DNA from: a virus
Lineage: Duplodnaviria; Caudoviricetes
IMG/VR virus record: IMGVR_UViG_3300032277_002987
Location: 1 to 38,972 of that record
Length of the DNA stretch: 38,972 nt
Reading direction: 5' to 3' (one strand)
Positions 1-9,475 of this stretch are shown one piece after another. Under the pieces are notes generated by a model that worked only from the letters and a program-made list of their open reading frames with translations, was not told the origin of the DNA and searched no databases. Within the stretch, counting starts at the first letter, position 1, and each line of letters starts with the position of its first letter. Both the position numbers and the translations under genes were made by a program.

Positions 1-813
1 TCATCCGAATAGTCCTGCCTGAACACCTCTTCTTTCTGGAATTCCCTCTGGCCAGGTGCCGTAGATCAGTTCGGTACTGTTGCTGCGATTTTCGGTACCA
101 CCGACTGTGTATTGATAATCGACTTCCACTACCGGCATGTCTTTGAACAACTCACGAATCTCGGGGTGAGCGTTGATGCTGATGATCATCTGACCTTGGA
201 TGGTTCGGGCGAATTGCTCGAGCTTTTCATATTCTTCCCACTCAAATTTTACTCCGTAGCCTTCGGTTTCCCAGTATGGCGGATCGCAGTAGAAGAGGGT
301 ATGCGGGCGATCGTACTTTTCGACGACCTTATCCCAAGACAGATGCTCGATTGTTGTCCCGGCCAGCCTGTAGTGGGCGTCGGCGAGATCCTGCTCCAGG
401 GTGAAGATATTGAATCTAGGTCTGCTGGTTGTTGCGGTGCCGAAAGTCTGGCCGTCGACTTTGCCGCCGAAGGCGAGTTTTTGCAGGTAAAGAAACCTAG
501 CTGCGCGTTGCACATCCGTCAGGGTTTCGGGTGGTATGATCTTCAGCCATTCCCAGTTTTGACGGCTGGTCAGGGTCCACTTGAACTGCTTGTAAAGTTC
601 CTCGAGGTGATGTTTGACGATCCGGTAGAGGTTGATCAGATCGCCGTTGATGTCGTTGAGGACTTCAACCTCAGAGGGTTGCTTGAGAAAAAAGAGTGCT
701 GCCGCTCCGCAGAAGGGCTCGACATAACACTGGTGATTGGGGAACAGCGGAAAGATATGGTCGGCAAGTTTACGCTTGCCGCCGATCCAGGGGACCAGGG
801 GTTTCGCAGTCAT
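1..813 (-). CDS. D12-class N6-adenine DNA methyltransferase (Dam-like)
   Basis: PWIGGKRKLA, YVEPFCG and DPPY motifs. Start reassigned to ATG at 813 (MTAKPLVPW) behind an AAGG SD. Confidence 0.92.
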   Translation of the reverse strand: MTAKPLVPWIGGKRKLADHIFPLFPNHQCYVEPFCGAAALFFLKQPSEVEVLNDINGDLINLYRIVKHHLEELYKQFKWTLTSRQNWEWLKIIPPETLTDVQRAARFLYLQKLAFGGKVDGQTFGTATTSRPRFNIFTLEQDLADAHYRLAGTTIEHLSWDKVVEKYDRPHTLFYCDPPYWETEGYGVKFEWEEYEKLEQFARTIQGQMIISINAHPEIRELFKDMPVVEVDYQYTVGGTENRSNSTELIYGTWPEGIPERRGVQAGLFG

Positions 814-829
814 AACGGTGAGCCTTTCG

Positions 830-858
830 TTGTCGAGTTGATGACGTTGTGCTAGGCT
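830..858 (+). promoter_or_regulatory. Putative sigma70 promoter, antisense to the late transcript
   Basis: TTGTCG (830-835), 17-nt spacer, TAGGCT (853-858), with extended -10 TG at 850-851. Confidence 0.5.
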
Positions 859-864
859 CGCTCT

Positions 865-975
865 GCCGTGATCACGGTGAGGGAGCCTTGGCTGGCTCAC
901 GGTACTAGCGACCGTGGGTTGGCGGCCGGGTGGCTGTTGGCTCAGTCGCCCGGTCGCTTCCTCTTCTTCTTTTCT
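865..975 (+). ncRNA. Putative structured small RNA (three-way junction)
   Basis: Closing stem GAGGGAGC/GCTTCCTC encloses two long hairpins whose G-U pairs work only on the + strand. Followed by a pyrimidine run; promoter directly upstream. Confidence 0.5.
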
Positions 976-987
976 ATCCCTTCTGTC

Positions 988-3453
988 CTAAACCACCACC
1001 ACAAGTCCGATCGTGTCTATTCTGCTGATATCTCCAGGGCTATGCCTGGCTTCGCTGACCTGTCCGATCTTGTTGCCGTCCCAACCGAGCGCGATGGCGT
1101 CGGCGAATTCGAGCTCGGCATGGTCAAGGAACACGTCGAACGTGTGGATCCAGCGGCGGGTGGCGTACCAGGTTAGATAGAAATCGCGCAGGCTGTCGGC
1201 CATGGTCTGGTCGGTGATAAAATCCATCAAGAATAGATCGGGCTGCTCGCGTTCGCCGTACTTGGTGATGCTGGTGGCGTCGGTGGCCTTGCTGATGCCG
1301 CGATAGGCGGAGTCGCTGCGGCCTTGGCTATAGTCGCGGTCGAAGAGCAGGTGGATCTTGTTGAGGATCTCGCTGCGCTCGACCTTGCGCCGGCTCCAGA
1401 CCTTTTTGCCGCCATCGGCTTTAGGCATGGCGATGGTCTTGACGCTGGTCAGGTTGTCGGGGCGCAGGATCAGTTGCGGCTGGCCGTTGGTAATCTTAAA
1501 CCAGCTGCGCAGTTGAAACGCCCAGCTATCGAGCCAGCCCAGCGCGGTCTGATATTCGGTGATAGCGCCGTTGAGGGCGTAGCCCGCGGGCAGGCTGCCC
1601 GATATCTGCAGCGCGGGGAAGCCGAGGGGCGCGAGCAGATCGTCAAACGCCTGCTGGATTGCGCGGGTGCGGGTGAGATTGACCAGCACGCTATCGCCGA
1701 CCAGGGTGTTGGCGGTGCTGTTGCCTGACAGGGTGACGGTGCCGGTCTTGGCGACCGACCCGCTGCGAGAGGTCGTACCAGACTTGCTGGCACTGCCGGT
1801 CTTGCTGGCGCTGCCGACCTTGGTAGCACTGCCGGTCTTGCTGACGGTCCCGGTCTTGGAAACACCTGTCGATGCGTTAACTGTGCCGGTTAAATATTCA
1901 ACCTCGATCCATATCTCCCAAATGCGCACCTGACCACCGACGCCGCCTTCAATGTAGATCTGCTTGCCGACCAGGCTCGGCCAGGTGGTTAGTGCTGACC
2001 AGGGCAGATAGGTGGTTTTTTTTGTCGCCGAGGCGGTGATTTCATAAAAGCCATTGTATTTGATCGGTTTGTTATAGGTCGGGTCTCCGCCGCTAACGAC
2101 GACAAATCGATATCGGGTAGGGGTTCCGCCGACCGAAAACGGCGCGGTGCGCTTAAACGAGGTTGCAGTGTATGAGGCCTCGTTATTGACGATACCACCG
2201 CTATTCAGGTTGCCATCAATGACATAATCTGCCGAGATTAACCAGCTACCCGCTGGGGCAGAAATATCATCCAGAGGACAAACAACAGACACGGTACTTC
2301 CTGCGTGCTCATGGCCGGGGTCACTGGTATTGATCCCATCGCTCACCCCGATCCCGTCGCTGACGCCAATAGTATCGGAGACACTGATGGTATCGTTGAC
2401 GGCAATGCCGTCGATGATTGCGAGCGCGTCGGCGACATCGATGCCATCGGCCACCAGCAGGTCGACCGCCTGGCTGACGGTGATATAGGCCGGCAGCACG
2501 ATCACCGCCTGGCCTTCATAACCGGCCAGCTCGTTGCCGGGGTTGCCGGTGTAGCTGGTTGCGATGGCGGTGATATCGACCTCGGCTTCGCCAACGCGAC
2601 CGAAGATCTTATCGAGGGAGTCGACCGGCACGGCGCTGGCCAGATAAACGAACTGGTTCTTGACCTGCCAGACGATAGCGCCGCGCATGTGGGTGACGGC
2701 GATAGTCGTGTTGTGCCCGCGAGTGACGGTCAGCTGATCGCCGGTGATGCCGTCGATACGGATCTGCTCATCATCGATCTGGACAACATCGAGAGCCGCC
2801 AAACCCTGGGCATCAGAGAACGCAAAACTGGTTGCCAGGGCGCTGATGCTATTGGGCAGGCTGGTCATGGCACCGGCATCGACCGCCAGCGCAGGGAGCT
2901 TGCGCACCGTGCCAAAGGGGATAGGGATCAGCTTGCCGACATCATCCGGATCGGCTTCGGAGTATACCGCGAGGTCGACCTTGGTGCCGACGTAACTGTC
3001 GAGCTTGATGGTTTCATCCTGCAGCACCAGGCGCACTTCGGTTTCATTGGGCAGCTCGACCTGGTCGACATAGAAACGGCGCATCTCTTGGGGCGGATCA
3101 GTGGCCGCGTTCAAGCCGCGAAACCACAGATAAAGGCTGACCGGGGAAGTTTCCAGATCGGTGCCAGTGGCGAGGGTTGCCATGTTGGGGCTGGCGGCTG
3201 GATCGACCAGCAGGGTCAGATCCAGATCGGCGACGCGGATCTCATTCAGCCCGCCGCTGATTGCTTCGCGCACCTCTCCCCAGGCCGAGATCCAGGGCAG
3301 GGTGGTGACGCCACCGTTCCAGTTAGCGATGGTGAAGATATCGTCGCTGATGTAGTAGTTGGAACCTCCGGTGGTCAGTTTTAAAATCCAGACAGGGCTG
3401 ATGCCGGTTTTTTTGGCTAGTTCGGAGGCGAATGCGGCGGGGAAGTTTTTCAT
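988..3453 (-). CDS. Tail tip / host-specificity (hub, gpJ-like) protein with inserted repeat-flanked domain
   Basis: 821 aa, last structural gene of the tail cluster. GKLIPIPFG motif and C-terminal DATSITKYGERE typical of tail hub proteins. Confidence 0.65.
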   Translation of the reverse strand: MKNFPAAFASELAKKTGISPVWILKLTTGGSNYYISDDIFTIANWNGGVTTLPWISAWGEVREAISGGLNEIRVADLDLTLLVDPAASPNMATLATGTDLETSPVSLYLWFRGLNAATDPPQEMRRFYVDQVELPNETEVRLVLQDETIKLDSYVGTKVDLAVYSEADPDDVGKLIPIPFGTVRKLPALAVDAGAMTSLPNSISALATSFAFSDAQGLAALDVVQIDDEQIRIDGITGDQLTVTRGHNTTIAVTHMRGAIVWQVKNQFVYLASAVPVDSLDKIFGRVGEAEVDITAIATSYTGNPGNELAGYEGQAVIVLPAYITVSQAVDLLVADGIDVADALAIIDGIAVNDTISVSDTIGVSDGIGVSDGINTSDPGHEHAGSTVSVVCPLDDISAPAGSWLISADYVIDGNLNSGGIVNNEASYTATSFKRTAPFSVGGTPTRYRFVVVSGGDPTYNKPIKYNGFYEITASATKKTTYLPWSALTTWPSLVGKQIYIEGGVGGQVRIWEIWIEVEYLTGTVNASTGVSKTGTVSKTGSATKVGSASKTGSASKSGTTSRSGSVAKTGTVTLSGNSTANTLVGDSVLVNLTRTRAIQQAFDDLLAPLGFPALQISGSLPAGYALNGAITEYQTALGWLDSWAFQLRSWFKITNGQPQLILRPDNLTSVKTIAMPKADGGKKVWSRRKVERSEILNKIHLLFDRDYSQGRSDSAYRGISKATDATSITKYGEREQPDLFLMDFITDQTMADSLRDFYLTWYATRRWIHTFDVFLDHAELEFADAIALGWDGNKIGQVSEARHSPGDISRIDTIGLVVVV
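1730..1870 (-). repeat. Seven basic hexapeptide repeats (K/R-x-G-x-x-x; 18-bp period) in the tail tip gene
   Basis: KTGTVS KTGSAT KVGSAS KTGSAS KSGTTS RSGSVA KTGTVT. Confidence 0.9.
2313..2455 (-). repeat. Seven acidic hexapeptide repeats (D-x-I-x-V-x) in the tail tip gene
   Basis: DGIDVA DALAII DGIAVN DTISVS DTIGVS DGIGVS DGINTS, followed by DPGHEH. Confidence 0.9.
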
Positions 3454-3459
3454 ATCCCC

Positions 3460-4143
3460 TTAGACCTTCATTTCTGACTGCACAATACGACCTATATGGT
3501 CGGCGCGACCCAATAACTTATTGAACAGCGAGCCAGGCTCCTCTAGGTCAGTGCGGTCAATATACTGCCCTGAGTCGACGGCAGCAATCAGCCCCTCACA
3601 TAGTGGAAGGTACGCATCAATTATTGGCTGGGGTATGACTTCCCCGCGCATAACTGGAGTCAGGACACGAATAGCAAGACGCTCGAGCATAGCCAGGCGT
3701 TTTGAGATATCAGCCAAGAGATCCTTATCGTCACCTACCTCTTCCGTGATCCGAACGCGAGCGCGCCCTTTACCTGCACCAGACTTTAGGGGGGCAGCCT
3801 CCAAGGGATCGATCTCGACATTTGGCCGGCGATCGGCCAAGCTTGTACCATCCAGGGGATCGAGCAAGTGGGGGTAGAGGGTCTCAAGCTCCAGGATCCT
3901 CTCATCCCTAATTGCGTCAGGACTGTAACCGAAAGCAAGGATCTCCCCGGTGTCATTATCCAAGGTATCTGCAACGTCAGGTAGACTTTCCTGCGACTCC
4001 AGCAGGCGGTATTCCTGCTCGGCATCGACGATCGGGGCCATGAACTTCCCTGTCAAGTAGCTCTCAACGAATGCGTTGATAACTGCCGTAGGCTTCCCCG
4101 CAGCAATCACCCGCTCAATGTCCTCTAAGGTTTTGAAGATCAT
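3460..4143 (-). CDS. Hypothetical protein, probable tail fibre partner/assembly protein
   Basis: 227 aa ORF coupled (ATGA overlap) to the upstream fibre gene; call is positional only. Confidence 0.55.
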   Translation of the reverse strand: MIFKTLEDIERVIAAGKPTAVINAFVESYLTGKFMAPIVDAEQEYRLLESQESLPDVADTLDNDTGEILAFGYSPDAIRDERILELETLYPHLLDPLDGTSLADRRPNVEIDPLEAAPLKSGAGKGRARVRITEEVGDDKDLLADISKRLAMLERLAIRVLTPVMRGEVIPQPIIDAYLPLCEGLIAAVDSGQYIDRTDLEEPGSLFNKLLGRADHIGRIVQSEMKV

Positions 4144-6656
4144 TCGCCATCTCCTATAAAGTAGGGAAGTTCAAGCCGTTTCTGGCCGATCTTGATTGTC
4201 TGTCCATTATCGTCAGTTGTCGTGGACTCGTTGCTGACAACATCGAACTTGTTGTCATCGCCCCAGCCGTTGCCGTCCCATATCTGCCAAACTTTTGTGC
4301 CAGTATTATTTTGGACATACCCACCAACCAAATCATAATAAGCGAAGATAGCCGTTACTGACATAAGGCACTTAACCGCAAGACGGATAGCCCCCGTATG
4401 AACAAGGTAGAATGATCCGGCGGTGTAAGCGGTAGATACTGCACCGTCTGCATAAATAAACTCTATGGTGGTATCTAATGCCAAGTCCCACTTCATCTCC
4501 TTATACAGAGCTTGCAAGAACAGCTTGCCGTTCTCTCTGGTCAGGTAGGGGAGGACTTTGGTTGCGGGGTTAGAGGCATAAAGGTCAATCACACCATGAG
4601 TTAGTTCGTAGGGAGCAGTAGCGTAGAACGATGAATCCGACTCAAGCAGGAAATGATTAATTGTTTTGGTTGATATACGCCCAAGCCCCCCCGAACCAAC
4701 TGCAACCTTATCAATAAGGTGCGGCAAAAGGTTGGATGCGATATCGCTATTGTTTCCGGCCCAAATATCATCGAAAGATAATACTTCTGCATTATTTGCT
4801 AACTCAAACGGAGAGGCTTCGGCTTCGTAGAAAACCATCATAATGGTATTTATTCCAATACCGATAGTTTGAATAGAATTAGTAGTTGCATTCCAGTATG
4901 TACTTATCCATGTCGGATAGCTTGTCCATGTTGCCCCCGAATCTGCTGAATGAAGAAAAAATAAAGGTGCAGACTTGGCCTTCTTACGCAACTTATATGT
5001 AAGTAATCCAGCAGTCGGAATTAAATTCTCCCCTTCTTCGCCAACCAGCAGAGCGTTACCCATGACTCCGTTCGCTTTCCAGCTTGCAGGGTAGTTCGCA
5101 GGGTCTCCGATAATGTCGCAGACGAGGTTGGTTTTTGAGGGAATAATAACGTCCTCAAAAATGACAAGAGTCCTTGTTGTTGTTTGGTCAAAATCCGATT
5201 GAACATCCCCATACTCAGCACTCAAATGGATGCTTCCTGCTGGGTCTGCGTACATAACCCTATAATAAGCCCCTGAGTTTCCTTCTACCATGCCAACTAC
5301 AGAAGTCGAACTGGCCACGCCGTATATTTTAGAAACTACTCCAATAGCATTTACATAAGTAACTGTCCCTATCGTTGGAGTATAAATACCAAGAGGGTTT
5401 ATAACATAGTCAACAACTTCTGAAATCTTCCTCCCCTTCTCCCACCCACGCATATCACCGGATACCAGCTTGTTAAATTCGCGCTCAAGTGTGCGAGTCA
5501 GGTCTTGCTTGTGGGCTGAGTTGCGCAGGTCGAGAACGTCAGACTCGTAGATTGCATCGTAGAATTTGCCGTCTGGACGACCTGATGCTGCACCAATGGT
5601 TGAACCATTACCAACAGTCGTAAAACAATCTGCGACAGAAGCCATTAGATCAGCAGAAGAATACCAAGGAAGAGCGTCACCGAACTTAGCGGCCCCGTTC
5701 GGATTAAACACCGGATGAAATGCGCCTTGATTCCTGCGCGAGACAAGAGCAATCTGGATAGCCACTGAATCTGTTGAGTTGTAAAGTCCTTTATCAACAG
5801 TGTCTAACGTATAGTTGTTGATTGTCGGTGCGGCGTTACTACCTTGTGAAAAAACAGAAGTGCTTGTTAAAGCGTAGTCAATTCCCAACCCCTCAACCAC
5901 CCGAATCCGGCAGCGTACCTGAACCAGCCCACCATCGCTTGCGAGATAGCAGTTATTCTCAGGGTCAGCTACGAATAGTCTCTGGTTAGCCAGTGTCATG
6001 GTTGACCAGACAATACCCTTGCCTATCAGTGCCGATGACGCTTGCCAGTTGCCGAATAGGGAGTAGGTCCCAAATCCAATGAATGAGCCGTTAACAGTCG
6101 TCAGCCCTGTTGCTGGGTCTACTGCGAGCAGTGATTGAACATTACCTAAAGGATAAACAATGTCCTTATCGCTAATCTTCTCGTGCCATGTCTCAAGAAA
6201 TACGAGGTCTTGACGTTCTGGCATAGTTGAAACAGCAGGGGCAGGTGGGAGTTCAATGTGCCAATCCTCAGTATTGTTACTTTGGTTCTCAAGGTTGAGA
6301 ATAACCCCATTAACGTTAGTCAGTGGAAAATCTGTCTTGCTGGTTCCGTTGGCATCAGTAGAGAGAATATCCCTGCCAAGTCGGATAACGTTAGGTTGCC
6401 CCCAGCCAGTAGCCGGAGTCCACATACCTTTATTTACGGTACCTTCACCGGCTATCCCATGCTTTCCCCACTCCACAAAACCACTCCCGGCAAACTTGTC
6501 ACGGTTCGCTGCGGCGAGTGCGTTAAATTGGGCTTCGGTCATGATGTTTAGCACGGTATCTGTGGCGGCCTTCAAGTTCTCAAAGTTTTGATCAAGTTCT
6601 CCATAGGTCAGGGCCGAACCTTTAGCCCCACGCGTAACAATCGTGATCTCCATCAA
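4140..6656 (-). CDS. Putative tail fibre / receptor-binding protein
   Basis: 838 aa, beta/Gly/Thr-rich. N-terminal TIVTRGAKGSALTYGELDQNF anchor-like motif. Visibly more AT-rich than neighbouring genes. Confidence 0.6.
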   Translation of the reverse strand: MMEITIVTRGAKGSALTYGELDQNFENLKAATDTVLNIMTEAQFNALAAANRDKFAGSGFVEWGKHGIAGEGTVNKGMWTPATGWGQPNVIRLGRDILSTDANGTSKTDFPLTNVNGVILNLENQSNNTEDWHIELPPAPAVSTMPERQDLVFLETWHEKISDKDIVYPLGNVQSLLAVDPATGLTTVNGSFIGFGTYSLFGNWQASSALIGKGIVWSTMTLANQRLFVADPENNCYLASDGGLVQVRCRIRVVEGLGIDYALTSTSVFSQGSNAAPTINNYTLDTVDKGLYNSTDSVAIQIALVSRRNQGAFHPVFNPNGAAKFGDALPWYSSADLMASVADCFTTVGNGSTIGAASGRPDGKFYDAIYESDVLDLRNSAHKQDLTRTLEREFNKLVSGDMRGWEKGRKISEVVDYVINPLGIYTPTIGTVTYVNAIGVVSKIYGVASSTSVVGMVEGNSGAYYRVMYADPAGSIHLSAEYGDVQSDFDQTTTRTLVIFEDVIIPSKTNLVCDIIGDPANYPASWKANGVMGNALLVGEEGENLIPTAGLLTYKLRKKAKSAPLFFLHSADSGATWTSYPTWISTYWNATTNSIQTIGIGINTIMMVFYEAEASPFELANNAEVLSFDDIWAGNNSDIASNLLPHLIDKVAVGSGGLGRISTKTINHFLLESDSSFYATAPYELTHGVIDLYASNPATKVLPYLTRENGKLFLQALYKEMKWDLALDTTIEFIYADGAVSTAYTAGSFYLVHTGAIRLAVKCLMSVTAIFAYYDLVGGYVQNNTGTKVWQIWDGNGWGDDNKFDVVSNESTTTDDNGQTIKIGQKRLELPYFIGDGE

Positions 6657-7018
6657 TTATCCTCCTGCACAACGATATCGATTACATATTGACCGGGACC
6701 GACATCCACGAACTTCAACCTTGGCGCGGCAAATTTAACCCTGCGCGAGACCTCGGTATGGTCGATCCAGGTGAAACTGTTTTTACCGCCTTGGGCACCG
6801 TTGCGGATGAAGTTGAGCAGTGCGGCCCTGGTTGTTTCATCCACCCGCGGGAAGCGTAGCCGGTGATCGGTACGCTGCAGGCTGCTCTTGCCGTAGACAT
6901 AGAGATCACCGCCACCGCTACGCCCGGTCTGCTGAAAAAGTTGCGGCCGCTCGCCACCGGGGCGGATCGGATCGCAATTGAACTGCACTGTGGTTGCACC
7001 GAGCACGAAGCGGGTCAT
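6653..7018 (-). CDS. Minor/distal tail protein (gpM/DUF2460-like)
   Basis: LLNFIRNGAQGGKNSFTWIDH matches the distal-tail F...G...F.W pattern; lies downstream of the tape measure gene. Confidence 0.55.
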   Translation of the reverse strand: MTRFVLGATTVQFNCDPIRPGGERPQLFQQTGRSGGGDLYVYGKSSLQRTDHRLRFPRVDETTRAALLNFIRNGAQGGKNSFTWIDHTEVSRRVKFAAPRLKFVDVGPGQYVIDIVVQEDN

Positions 7019-7434
7019 GAGATCACCAACAGCGGGATCTCGACCTTGTAGCGCTGATCAGCCACCTCGCGGATCTCGGGCAGCTGTGGTGTCGCCAGGC
7101 GCACGATGTAGAGCGTGGCGTCCGGGGCGCGATAGGTGAAGCTATGGGCCATGCCATCGGCGACGTTGAAGAACCAATCGAGAAGCCGGGTGCGGTAGTA
7201 GGCGTAGAGCCGCGGCCAGCGCAGCAGCAGGATCAGCTCTTCGCCGATTGGATCGAGGGCAAAGCCTCTGGCCCCGGCGCTGGCGAATTCGGCCTGGAGT
7301 AGTTCGAGGTCGAGGGTTGGACGTAGCGGTCCCTGTTCAAAATTGAGGGTCTGGCCCCCCAACTGGAACATCGCCCGCGATCCGGGCTGGCCGAAGTATC
7401 CGGCTTCTGCATATCCCGCCTCGACGTAACTCAT
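7015..7434 (-). CDS. Minor/distal tail protein, paralogue of the adjacent gene
   Basis: LLDWFFNVADGMAHSFTYRAP aligns with LLNFIRNGAQGGKNSFTWIDH of 6653..7018. Confidence 0.55.
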   Translation of the reverse strand: MSYVEAGYAEAGYFGQPGSRAMFQLGGQTLNFEQGPLRPTLDLELLQAEFASAGARGFALDPIGEELILLLRWPRLYAYYRTRLLDWFFNVADGMAHSFTYRAPDATLYIVRLATPQLPEIREVADQRYKVEIPLLVIS

Positions 7435-7610
7435 GCGATCGTGAATTCCTTACAGGCGACAACCAGCACACCATCACCAGGACCATCAACGAATTCAGGT
7501 ACGGTGTTAAGTTTGTTGGTTAATGGGGACAGGGTACTGATCAGCTCTTTACGATCAGCACAGGTCTCTTTTTTGCTGCAGCTGGGGCAGCGGGCGTCGA
7601 CGGTCCACAT
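7431..7610 (-). CDS. 59-aa four-cysteine protein (absent from the ORF track)
   Basis: MWTVDARCPSCSKKETCADRK...VVACKEFTIA. AAGGAG SD; fills the gap after the tape measure gene; ATGA overlap with the next gene. Confidence 0.75.
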   Translation of the reverse strand: MWTVDARCPSCSKKETCADRKELISTLSPLTNKLNTVPEFVDGPGDGVLVVACKEFTIA

Positions 7611-7612
7611 GG

Positions 7613-9475
7613 TCAGGCTCCTTGAGCGGCGCCCCGGTAGCGGGTGCGCATAAGATTTGAGAGTTCGGGCAACAGCTCTTTGGCCAACTGCCGGGCGCTG
7701 GTCTGGTTGGTGACGTTTGGCAAGCTGAGATTCAGGTCGCCGAAGCTGATGCTGGGGGCTGCCGACTGCCCGGCATTGGATGCTTCGCCCCGGGTGCGGA
7801 CCTCTTCGCCGCGATGCAGTTGGTAGAGCCCGGTACGTGGTACGTAGCTGGTGCCGCTGGCGTAAGAGCTGGGAAAGAGTGCGCCATCTGTACGGTCGGT
7901 GATTCCCGACGTGGATGACGGCGCGTTAGCATTCCATGCCTGCATTAGCTGTTCTCTTGTTGGTCCAGAGGTGTCTGGCAGGTTGCTGGCGGCGGCTTGG
8001 ACGGCAAGATACCCAACAGGGCTCCCGGCGAGTGCTGTTTTTAGGATGGTAGTAACCGGCGCGCTTGCAAGCTTATTCAAGTAAACCATTAGTTCACCGG
8101 CTTGTTTTACCGCCCAGGCTAAGGCATCCCCGAAGCTTTTAGCAAAAGCAACAACGGCCTGCTTATTTTCAGAGATCCAGGTGGTTATGCCTTTCATTGC
8201 CGTGATCATAGAGGGAACAAGTTCTTTCCCAATCTCGAGCAATACTTTTTTGAGGGTGTTGTTAAAAGCATCCTTGACCGCGCCGAAGGTTTCGCGCCAG
8301 GCACCAAAAGCGTCTTCAGTCGCTCCGGCAGACTTGCCCATTTCTTCAGTGACCTCTTTGACCTTGCCGAAACTATCGGCGAATAATGGTCCGAGAGCGA
8401 TGATTGCCTCTTTACTCTCGAAAATCTTACCCATGCCCTGCGCACCAAAAGATTCACCTGCTGCCTTTTTGACTGCCATCAGTGCGCCAGCTAAGCCCTT
8501 TTCTCCGATCAGCTGCTTGCCGCTTTCATAGCCGAGAGTCTTTAAAACTTCTGTCATCGATTTTGTCGGCTTGATAAAGCCGGTCAAGATCCCCTCGTAC
8601 TGCGTAGCGGCTTGAGCGGTGGTACCTGCAGTTTGGGTAATACTGGAAACCACTGCGGCCATCTCATTCGGAAGGACATCCAGTTGAGACGATAAAGAAG
8701 AAAGCCCACCGATGACCGGAACAAGTTCAGCGACGGTCGTCTGACCGAAGCGTTCCATGTTAAACAACAGGTCTGATGCGTCAGTGGCGCTTTTCATTTT
8801 GTCGCCATAACCAGCCATCAGCTTGGTCAATGCCTTAATAACTTCGCCTTGATCAAGGTGGGCAGCCTTCGCCGACTTAGACGCCGTGACTAGCAATTCC
8901 ATTGCGCGCTTTGGATCAGTGACCCCTGCGCTGATCGCCTGGTAATATCCCCCTACCAACTCTGTCGCGCTGCCGAGTTCGGGAGGGAGTGCCATTATTT
9001 GTTCACGGATCGCACCGATGTTTTCGACACCGACCTTCTTAAGGTCAGTCAAGGCAGTTTCAAACCCTTCAAATTCATCTATTGCCTTTTTCCCAACGGT
9101 TATTCCGGCCATCGCAACGGCAACGGCGGCACCAAGGGCGGCGGCGATCTTTATGCGGTTGGCTTTAAACTTTTCAGCTAAGCCTAAACGTTTGCCGAAT
9201 TGGTCATTGTCTATAGCGACAAGGCGTTTTCCGAGGGCCTTTTCAGCTCGAATCAGTTCCTTGCTGGTGGCATTTCCACTCGCTTTAATTCGGTCATAGG
9301 CGCTCTGTGCTGCCTTGCGCTTGTTATCAAAAGTCAGACTCGACTTTGCACCCAGCATGGCAAAGTCCCGTTCGAGGGCACCAGTTGTCTCACGACCAGC
9401 CCTCTTTAGCTCGCGGAACTCAGCCTTTGCTTTTTCTGCATTGCCGCCGATCATGAGTTTGATGTCTCTAGCCAT
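7613..9475 (-). CDS. Tail tape measure protein (TP901 family)
   Basis: 620 aa, Ala/Gly-rich helical protein. FETALTDLKKV...GQTTVAEL core and C-terminal SYASGTSYVPRTGLYQLHRGEEV motif. Confidence 0.92.
   Translation of the reverse strand: MARDIKLMIGGNAEKAKAEFRELKRAGRETTGALERDFAMLGAKSSLTFDNKRKAAQSAYDRIKASGNATSKELIRAEKALGKRLVAIDNDQFGKRLGLAEKFKANRIKIAAALGAAVAVAMAGITVGKKAIDEFEGFETALTDLKKVGVENIGAIREQIMALPPELGSATELVGGYYQAISAGVTDPKRAMELLVTASKSAKAAHLDQGEVIKALTKLMAGYGDKMKSATDASDLLFNMERFGQTTVAELVPVIGGLSSLSSQLDVLPNEMAAVVSSITQTAGTTAQAATQYEGILTGFIKPTKSMTEVLKTLGYESGKQLIGEKGLAGALMAVKKAAGESFGAQGMGKIFESKEAIIALGPLFADSFGKVKEVTEEMGKSAGATEDAFGAWRETFGAVKDAFNNTLKKVLLEIGKELVPSMITAMKGITTWISENKQAVVAFAKSFGDALAWAVKQAGELMVYLNKLASAPVTTILKTALAGSPVGYLAVQAAASNLPDTSGPTREQLMQAWNANAPSSTSGITDRTDGALFPSSYASGTSYVPRTGLYQLHRGEEVRTRGEASNAGQSAAPSISFGDLNLSLPNVTNQTSARQLAKELLPELSNLMRTRYRGAAQGA

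Noticed and set aside
814-900. N-terminal extension of the terminal MTase
   Set aside because: The family motif starts a few residues after ATG 813, and the extension overlaps the antisense promoter/RNA.
1730-2455. Tail-gene repeats as a DGR template/variable repeat or an invertible segment
   Set aside because: No reverse transcriptase or invertase gene, and no adenine-specific near-duplicate region seen; the repeats are protein-level hexapeptides.
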